From: Salpingoeca rosetta
Lineage: Eukaryota; Protista; Choanoflagellata
Length of the DNA: 64,000 nt
Assembly: GCA_033442325.1 (NCBI GenBank)
Contig: JAWQFM010000003.1
Location: forward strand, 160,724-224,723
Reading direction: 5' to 3'
Below the pieces are notes generated by a model, which searched no databases, was not told the origin of the DNA, and saw nothing but the letters and a program-made list of their open reading frames with translations. Positions 54,801-64,000 of the stretch are shown one piece after another (position 1 is the first letter of the stretch; every line of letters begins with the position of its first letter). Made by a program: the position numbers and the translations under genes.

Positions 54801-57800
54801 TGGCGGCGTGAGCCCAAGAGCCTCCATCGCCCTCGTGGTGGCAAGAAGGAGGCTTGATGCTTGTGAAGTGGATGGATATGACGAACGCTGGCTTCGGAGC
54901 AACGCTTGGCCCGACACAGCGGATGAGACATTGTGCTGTTGAGAATGATGCACTGCACGCTGCTGTTGGCGCGATCTCGCAGCTTCGTTTAGCACACATG
55001 CCACATCACCAACGGCCAGTGGTGCCAGGCGCTGTGTGGCCGCGCCAGAGTCTTCCTTTGTTGAGTCAGGTGTTGCAAGGCCGGCCCTCAACGCCAGTAA
55101 TCGCAGCATGCACTGTTCGTGGTGGTCGCGCTCACCAACTGTAACGTCGAACCTCGTCTCCACATGCGGCAGTCCATCAATGGACGCAGATGCCAAGTAA
55201 ATGTGCCGCACGCACCGCTGTGCAAACTCTGCAAACGCTGCACAGGCAAAGGGGCCAGCGTGCCGCGCATCTCGGTCGCACCCAAGCTTGACATCGCGCC
55301 CAAGATCCGCCAGCGCTGCCAGCTTTGTTCGCAGTCTGCAAAGCACACAAAATCACGCATGCGGTGCGTTGCATGCGTGCGTTGTGTATGTGTGTGTGTG
55401 CGCGCGTTGCGTGTGTGCGTGTGTGTATGTGTGTGTGTTGCGTGTGTGCGTTGTGTGTGTGTGTGTGTGTGGTTGCGTGTTTGTGTGTGTGTGTTTGTGT
55501 GTGGTTGCGTGTTTGTGTGTGTTACATGTGCATATGTGTGTGTGTGTGTGTGTGTGTAGAACACGACAGGACACAACATAGGTGAGCTTTCAAGGGCACG
55601 GTGAATCCGCAGGCGTTGCGACAGCAGGCAAGAGCACAAAGCAAAAACAAGGACAGCAGAATGGACCTTGCGGAGTCGATGACATTTGCAGCCTGAACCT
55701 CCTGGGCAATGCTGGCTCGCTTGTACTTGTCTGGAATGCCTTCAATTGCCTTCACCGAGAATTCTTGCACATTGTACGCGCCAAACGCCAACCCTTGTTA
55801 TGGGGTGTGACCGTGTGTCACCGTGTCGACATGTGTGCATGTGTGTGTTTGTCGATGGGTCCAATAGACGTGAGCATCACGTGAGCATATATTTGTAGTG
55901 ACATGTGTGTGTGTTGTGCCTGCGCGCAGGCGCAGGTTCACGGCTATGGGTCATTGTGACTGTTGCCTCACAGCAGAAGTGTTAAGCGTTTTCTGTCAGC
56001 AGAGCCACTTACCACACTGAGCAAATAGCACAATCGTGTGACCGCTTTCCACTGTGGCAGGTTGGTGCCACAGCAGCGAAAACTTGTCGCGAATGTGCAG
56101 GACCCAACACAGGCGAACAACCCTTGATGATGTGTGTAAACGAAATTCGAGGCCGTGAGTTGGATGCAACACGTATGATATGCACAAGGGGTGCTGTGAA
56201 TGTGACTACGAGAGCGAGTGCAGCGCAATGACTACTGTGTAATATCAAGCCATGCACACACAAACATACACGCAAGCACACGCACACACACACGCGCGTG
56301 CACGCATTGCTTTCGTGTTTAAGAAAGTTGTCCCTGAGACGCACCTCTGAATCACGACTGGGTAGTGCTGCAATGGCGGTTCGGCATGACGGTCGATATT
56401 TGTAAGTGCTCCCGTCGCGTTGACAATGGCCGCACATGCGCGGACTGCACGTCCAGCAATCGTCCGCAGCACAGCCTCTGCACGCACACAAGGCGGGTGG
56501 ACAGTTGGACCATGCGAGAGTGTTCGTGCGTGAATGTGAACGAGCGAATGCATAAGTGTGTGTGTGGGGGGGGGAGTGTGTGTGTGGCCGTGTGTGTGTA
56601 TGTGGATATGTGTATGTGTATATATATATATATACATGTATGTACGTGTGTACGTGTGTGTATATGTGTGTGTATATGTGTGTGTATGTGTGTGTATGTG
56701 TGTATGTGTGTATGTATACATATATATATGTGTGTGTGTGTAACGTTGGACAAAACGAGGGAGTGTGTCAAAAAAAAATGACACCGTTGCCCGCCTCAAG
56801 CAAGCCTCTTCGTTCATGTGTCTCTCGGGTGAATCGCACACCTGTTGAGCAAGTGGACGCATCAAACTCTTGCGTATCACACAGAAACCCAAACTCGGCG
56901 TCATCGCTCTCTGCTGGAATGTCGCGCTGGTGCTCGACCACTGGCGTTATTGAGCCCACGGCCTCGCCAAGCGTCCGCAGGTGGTTCTACGCGTGCGTGT
57001 GGGAAGCGGAGGGTGAGAGATGGTGCTTGAAGCGCGTGAGGGCGTGTGCATGCGGTGAGCGTCTGGCCAGTGTGAACTTTGGCTGTGCCTGCTCCTTGGA
57101 CACACGTTCAACTCGCAGGGCAAGTGAAACAGACCACTCAAACTCGACCAACCTCGAGCAGTGCCAGGACCACATCCACATCTCCCGCGATGACAGCAGC
57201 TCGCGTGACGCGGCTTTCCATCCATGGCTGAGGCGCCGCAACACATTACCGACAGCCGTGCATGACACACGCACACAACCATGCATGGCACATACACACA
57301 CGCACACGAAACACACACGAACACAAACGCACAAACGCACACACACATGCACAATACACAAACACATACACGCACAAAAACATACGGTTTAGTGTTGCTG
57401 AAAACCCACTGCACGAGCAACAAAGAACCAGCCATGACATGCCACGCAAAGCCATTCACCTCACACTGTTCCATCCACATTCGATAGAAATGAGAGCACA
57501 TGGCGCGCGCTGCTTGGATGCGACGTACCGAGAAGTCGGCGTGCCAGCAAGCGCGCAGCAAGATGGGACGAGCGAGAGCAAGAGCGTTTGGAGTGACATC
57601 GCGGGCAACAGCAATGGTGTACGCGAGCAACCAATCTCCGCGCGTCTGCAGCAACTCAACGGCCCTGTCCGTCTCATCTGTGCAGATGATAGGCACAAGA
57701 AGAAGGGATGCGTTCGGAGAAGTGTGAGGGTGTTCCGGACGAAACTCAGGGATGGGTGGCTGTGATGGTGGAAACGAAGGGGGGGGGGTAGGCCAACCGC

Positions 57801-58505
57801 TCATCCAACGGCCTGCTTGTTGTGCGAATTATCAACATCATTGTACCCCACTGTGGCGTGCATGCAAGCTTGATGCATTCATTCATTCATTCATTCATTC
57901 GTTCGTTCGTTCGTTTGTTCGTTCGTTCGTTTCGTACCTGAGAGCAGGAGCCAGCGATGGAGGCGGGATACGTGCAGTAGCGATTGCTCGTCGTCATCCA
58001 TGTCATCAATGTCGCACGTTGCGTCCAGACAAGCAGCCAGGCCCTGTGCACAACAACACAAGTGCGCGACACGTGAGAGCATGACAAGGAACATAACATG
58101 TAGTCATGCAGCAAAGGTAGCCAGCGCCATGCAGCAAGCGTATGTTGGAACGCTTAGCACCAAGGTGTTCATGCTTGCATGTCCACACGTGCGCATGTTC
58201 GCACTCACATGTTGCCTGTTGTGGCCAAGAGTGAAGGGTAAGAACGAGCGAAGACTTTGGGCAACTTGATTCAATGTGTCAGCGATGCGTAGATTGCTGC
58301 CGTCCACAATATCTTCGTTCCACCACAACGAACTCAGCGCGGATGGCAGGCCGCACAGCAATTGCAGCTGCTTGCAGGCATTGTCCAGCTGCCCCGCCCT
58401 CAGAGCACGGCGTGTCACCGTCACCATGTGTTGCTCCTCATCAACAGTGATGTCTGTTTGTGTGTGTGTGTGTATGTGTTTGTGTGTGCGTGCGTGTGTG
58501 TGTGC

Positions 58506-58594
<89 letters not shown>

Positions 58595-59682
58595 GTAATT
58601 GCAGCTGAGCATATTCACACACGTACACATTCAAGGAGATGCGCAAGCACAAACACAAGCAGACGAGAGACAAAAATCACATCTGTTCACATTCATCAAA
58701 CCTTCAATGCTCGCGTGTGGTTGGGTCGAGCGCTGCCCGAGATATTCGGAGAGCAAAGGCACCCTTCTCGACACACGCGTGTGATCCACAGAGAGACCTG
58801 GTATGAATGCATGAAGTAGCAGTAGCATGGGCAGTGCGGTCGTGTCAGTCACATGCACGAATGTGGCAGGGACAAGCGAGCATACGCATGTAACAAGTCA
58901 CTCACACACGCAAGCACAAACATGTCCACACACACACAAACACGTGCACTCGCACACGCGCAAGCATACGCACGCACACCTGTGATGGTGAGCGCGTCCA
59001 AAAGCGGGAGTGCAAGCATGTCCGCCCACATGTGCATGTCTCCAAAGTCACGCCGCCACTGCAGCAGTCGCTCCACTTCCTCCAACTCGCGCATGATTCG
59101 ATGCCGTTCTAACTCGCGGGCTGTCGGTGCCGTGGCCATCCGCTGCACGCTGTGAATGACGCGGCGAAGTGACGACAGCACAGCGTCCCGGCGCTGGCCC
59201 AGCTGGGAGGGCGCTGATATGCCCTCGGTGGCAGCGAGGAACGTGTGCACATCAAGTACATTTCCCGAACCGCCATCGATGGCGGTGGTGGTATCAGAGG
59301 AACTGTTGGCGCTGTCCTCCAGGTGTGGCAATTCCTTCAGGAGCGCTGCTCGCACAAGAGGCTGCAATAGCACGGGGAACAGGAGCTGCGCAATCATTGC
59401 GGTGTCTGATTTCACTGTTTCTGCCACCGCTGATGGCGGTTGCACAGCGCTGCTCGCGGACTGGACGGTCACGAGTCGTCGAGGCAACCAGACAAGCACT
59501 GCGTTCAGATCTGCCGCTGAAAGGCCAGGAAGAACAACACACAGCTGCTGTTCAGCGAGCAGAAGCTGCTCCACGTTGCGGCCAAAGCAACGCGCCGTTG
59601 CTCGATACGCGCTCAGCAACAGCACCTCTTGCACAACACTGTCTGTTGGTGCCGTTGCTGTTGTTGGTGCCGTTGCTGTTGT

Positions 59683-59727
<45 letters not shown>

Positions 59728-59802
59728 AGGGACAGCAGATGTGCATGCGGCGGCAATGCCGTGCAGCCGAGCCAGAAACGCAGGAGCATCGGTATCGTCG
59801 TG

Positions 59803-59841
<39 letters not shown>

Positions 59842-60283
59842 GTGGTGGTGGTGGTGGTCGAGGTGGTGGTCACCACCCCCGCCATCGTGGCCATCTTCGG
59901 CAGCGCTGCTCAACGATGACGGTGATGGCGGTGATAACGGTGATGGCTGTGGTGGTTGAGGTGGTCGCGATCGACTGCGCGGCAGCTGGCGATGGTGTGA
60001 CGGAGAAGTGAGAGCACACGCGATTGGGGTTGGGCGATCAAAGGCGAGGACAGCGAGGCGGCGGCCCGTGGATACAGAGACCTGTGCAAAGTGATCACGC
60101 AGAGAGTTGTAGCGACGCGCGGGCAGCGGGCACAGCGTGTTGCTGAGTGGCGCCAGCGTTGCCTGAGGCTGCTGCACGTGCACGGAGCCTTGACGCACAA
60201 CAACGGAATGCAGAGAAACCAAAACAGCGGGAAGAGCACAAGTGTGACACAACAGTCAACTGAGGTTGCCAGTGTGTGCGTGT

Positions 60284-60324
<41 letters not shown>

Positions 60325-60598
60325 TGTGTGTCTGTGTCTGTGTGTGTGTGTGTGTGTCTGTGTCTGTGTTGGAACTGGAGGCGAGGCAGACAGCTGGAGA
60401 ACCAAAACAGGTGCTTATGCCAATCCGTCTGTGTGTGTATGTGTGTGTGTGTGCGTGCGTGCGTGTGTGTGCGTGCGTGTGTGTGCCATAGACTTCTGCT
60501 CTCGTGGAAGAGATCAATACCTGCTGGCTCGCACAGGGAATATGGCGATGTGTTGACGGGCACCAGCGTCAAGTGACCAGTGGACCAGAGCTGTGAAC

Positions 60599-60662
<64 letters not shown>

Positions 60663-63191
60663 GTGAAATCGAAATGTGATCAGGAATGGTACAGGGGAAA
60701 AGAGTACATGCAACGCTGTGCAACAAGAAAGAAGGACATGGGATACAATACACACATCACACACACACACACGCAAGCACCAACAAGAAGTAAAATACAC
60801 GCCTACACATGTACATATGCGTACACACAGAGACAAGTGTATGTATGCTACGCACCAAGATGACGCTCCAGCCCTTGGAGTCCCAGCACATGTCGCGAAG
60901 TGTTGCTGCTGGTGTTGGTGCGGTGATGTGCTCTACACAGCATGTCGGTGGGGAGAACCGCTGTGAACCACGCGACGACGATGATGATGACGGTGGTGCA
61001 GCGAGCAGAAATGCGAGACAAGCAGTGTTGTCGCAGCCTGTCGCAAAGCATTGAAGGATGTGTGCACAGTGCGGTGTTGAGAACGAGGCTGCCGCGACAG
61101 ATCATGCATCAGGTTCAGCAAACCGAGGCGCTAATGGCGCACATGCATTCATCCAGCACGCAAACACGCCTCACGTACGCACACAAAAGAATGCACACAC
61201 GCACGCAAAGGAGCGCACACACACACACGCAAAGGAGCGCACACACACACACACACACGCACACAAAACATACAAACAGACACATACACGCGCAAAACAC
61301 ACAAACAGACACAAACACATACACCCGCACACACAATGCATACACCCACAACACATGAGCACAGGCGTGGGTGCTTCTCTCCGCACCTTCATGCTGTGTT
61401 GTGGCCGTTGCCGCGATGCACCAGATGTGGGCCGAGGGCGACAGGCGTGCAAGCACAATCCTGGCCCATGCATCTGAGGCTGTGGATGCGGGCGGTGCCA
61501 ATGGTATGGCGTGGTGGAGCGCTGAAAGCAGCGTACCATCATCATTAGCAGCAGTAGCAGCATCATCATCATCATCATCAGCAGCAGCAGTAGCAGCAGT
61601 TGCAGCAGCAGCAGCAGCAGTTGCAGCTCCACGACCTCCATCACCATCGTCATTAGGCAGCGTGTGTGTCATCATCTTCTCCTCGACAGCAAGTTGTCCG
61701 TGGGAGACCAGAACAGGACGTGTTATGTCAGACAAACACAGCGAGATACGAAGCCACGCCACAACGTCATTGCTGCAAGCCAGAAACCGCTGTTGATGCT
61801 GTGTCTGTTGCTGTTGTGTCTGTTGTCGTTGCTGATTTGGTTGGTCTGGCAGCGAGGGCATGTGCATATGCTTCCATGCGGGTTCTTCCGTGTTGTCACG
61901 GTCGTGGCTGTGTGCTGGGATCATAGCAACGAATACAGCATCCCTGCTTGCCAGCGCTACAACTGTTCTTGAGTCCATACAGGCATCGGTGGTTGGTGAT
62001 GATCGCCGAGAACACGCCACGCTCAGACCAGGTACTATCATCCGCACCGAAAGGGGGGAGAGAGGGAGAGAACAGGTGAGCTGATGTTGGGGGAAACTTG
62101 CGTTTGGCTGGCTCTGTGTGTGTGTGTTTGCTTGTGTGCATGTGCTTGTGTGCATGTGCTTGTGTGCATGTGTGCGTGTGCATGTGTGCGTGTGCATGTG
62201 TGCGTGTGCATGTGTGCGTGTGTACTTGTATGTGCTTGCATGTGTGTATGTATGAACTTGCATGTGCTTGTACGGTCGTGGGAATGTATACAATGTAAAG
62301 GTGTTTGTGGTAGATCAAGCAGCCTCGGTTCGCTCACGGGTGCATAGGCTTACGATGGTGGGTTGTGATCGTCGCCGGGAGTCTGGCCTTGATTAATGAG
62401 GAGGTGGTAATGCCCCACACCGCCAACAGCAATTCAGCCGTGACGAGCACCACGCGTGTTGCTGTGAAAGCAATGTTGTAGGAGCGAGAGGAAAACACGA
62501 GAGTAAGAAAAAAGGGAGACAGTGTGAGCGACCATGCATGCGTGAATGCATTTGCGTATATTGCTGTGTGGCAACAGCGTGTACCAGCCAGTTGTGGTGG
62601 GATGCATCACCGTCAGCACTCAAGCTGGTCATTTGCAGCCAAGCGCTGACAATGAGCTGTGAACGCACCGCATGGTGAAGCTGCGAGAACGTGGACATTG
62701 GTGTTGAGGAGCTGCTTTGGACATCCGTAGCTCTTGAACATGTTGCTGGAGGCGGTTGTTTCCGCTCTCAGCAAAGCCACGGTTCCATTGTCCCGCAACA
62801 CGACCCATGACGCCTGCACTCGAACATTTCAAAAGCACAGGTGCAGACGCGCTGTGATCAGCTGCACAATACCATGCGATCAATGGACACGCCACTGCTA
62901 TTGCACGCGCATGCACTTCACGCTCGCATACATGCATGTACATGTACATATGCAACCAACGTGGGTGTGCACATTGTTGTGCATCCCACCTTCCGCACAC
63001 ATCCACAAATACACAAGATACACCCACACAAACACACATCCACACGTCCACAGACAACCACACATCGACAGACAACCACATGAGCATGCTCATGCTTCAC
63101 TGACGTGATCGGGAAAGGCTGGGTCGCTCACGGCACAGAGCGTGGCCCATGGCAAGTTTGGTCCGCCCTCGATCAACGTCTCCAGCAGCAT
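50166..63191 (-). CDS. Very large multi-exon protein, CPLANE1 (C5orf42/JBTS17)-like ciliogenesis factor, with a ~5.2-kb low-complexity terminal exon
   Basis: First exon [20 protein letters not shown], then [37 protein letters not shown] and [13 protein letters not shown], which resemble colinear CPLANE1 segments as I recall them (LEIL…KPW, DVIVLTTS, LGDWK, LCWMLHVRDKLS). The internal exon chain is not fully resolved and could be more than one gene. Confidence 0.55.
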
Positions 63192-63328
63192 CGTTGTTGT
63201 TGTTGGTTGGCTGGCTTCTGGGCTGTTTGAATGTGGCGGTTGCAGGCCGATATTTGTGGCAAGATATAGCTATTTCTCATCATCCAAGATCGCCTTGGAA
63301 CACAAGCAGAAGGAAGAGACCAGCAGGG
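63192..63328. promoter_or_regulatory. Putative compact bidirectional promoter between the CPLANE1-like gene and HIBADH
   Basis: 137 bp between divergent ATGs. Inferred from geometry. Confidence 0.45.
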
Positions 63329-64000
63329 ATGCTTGGCCGTGTGTTTGTGCGACCAGTGGTGCGCAGTGGCGCGCTGCTGCAGGGTGTGCGTTGCCTCTCT
63401 GTGTCGGCCTCTGCTCAGGGCCAACGCGTGGGGTTTATTGGTCTTGGAAACATGGGTGGGCACATGGCTCGCAACCTGGGTCGTGCCGGCTGCTCTCTGG
63501 TTCTTCACGACGTCAACGCGGACATTGCCAACTCGATTGCGTCAGACTGCGCCGACGTGAGTGTGTTTCAGGGTGCCTAAATGTGTGTGTGCGTGTGTGT
63601 GAATGTGTGTGCGTTTGAGCGTGCTCCGTGGATGTGTGTGTGTGTGTGTGTGTCTGTTGTGTGAATGTGTCTATGTGTGTGTGTGTGTATGCGTTCTCGT
63701 GTGTATGTGTGTTGTGTGAATGTGTCTATGTGTATGTGTGTGTATGTGTGCGTTCTCATGTGTGTGTGTGTGTGTGTTTGTGCTGCTGTTTTGTGTGCTA
63801 TTCGTTTCATTCCTTGCGCTTACAGTGCCGTCGATGTCGCTTCTCCCCGCTCACTCACGTGCACTGAACTCTGTGCACTGAATTCCTGTGCACCGAATCT
63901 CAACTGAACAACAACCAGGCGACCGTTGTGCACACGGCTGCCGAGGTCACTTCGCAGGTCGACACCGTCGTGACCATGCTTCCTGCCAAGTACGATGTCT
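63329..64000 (+). CDS. HIBADH: 3-hydroxyisobutyrate dehydrogenase, mitochondrial (5' part; runs off the right edge)
   Basis: Arg-rich presequence MLGRVFVRPVVRSGALLQGVRCLS, Rossmann motif VGFIGLGNMGGHMARNL, and a second exon from 63919 reading ATVVHTAAEVTSQVDTVVTMLPA. Confidence 0.88.

Overview
Gene-dense, intron-rich eukaryotic genomic DNA. The short GT-AG introns are filled with (TG)n/(CA)n microsatellites, and there are two 100-N assembly gaps. Gene content and intron style suggest a unicellular holozoan, most likely a choanoflagellate such as Salpingoeca (inference). Most ORFs in the supplied track are microsatellite read-through artefacts, so I rebuilt genes by hand from splice sites and by recalling known protein families, with no database search. 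About 17 genes are supported: HRD1/synoviolin (partial), a dienelactone hydrolase, NEDD1, coilin, NOL10, a double MyTH4-FERM myosin, a large J-domain protein, TMEM199/Vma12, Mis18, a small NuiA-like protein, a Dpy-30/RIIa-domain protein, a membrane protein with a PAM2-like motif, a stand-alone bacterial LigD-type primase-polymerase, a CPLANE1-like giant gene, HIBADH (partial) and two hypothetical ORFs. The most notable finding is an intact, three-intron, stand-alone bacterial NHEJ LigD polymerase domain (47680-49710), a probable domesticated horizontal transfer. Next are a bacterial-like NuiA-type nuclease inhibitor candidate, a J-domain protein carrying a split UL92/SKIP31-like Cys/His module, and a recurring 5'-(UG)n...(CA)n-3' intron polarity with acceptors lacking pyrimidine tracts.
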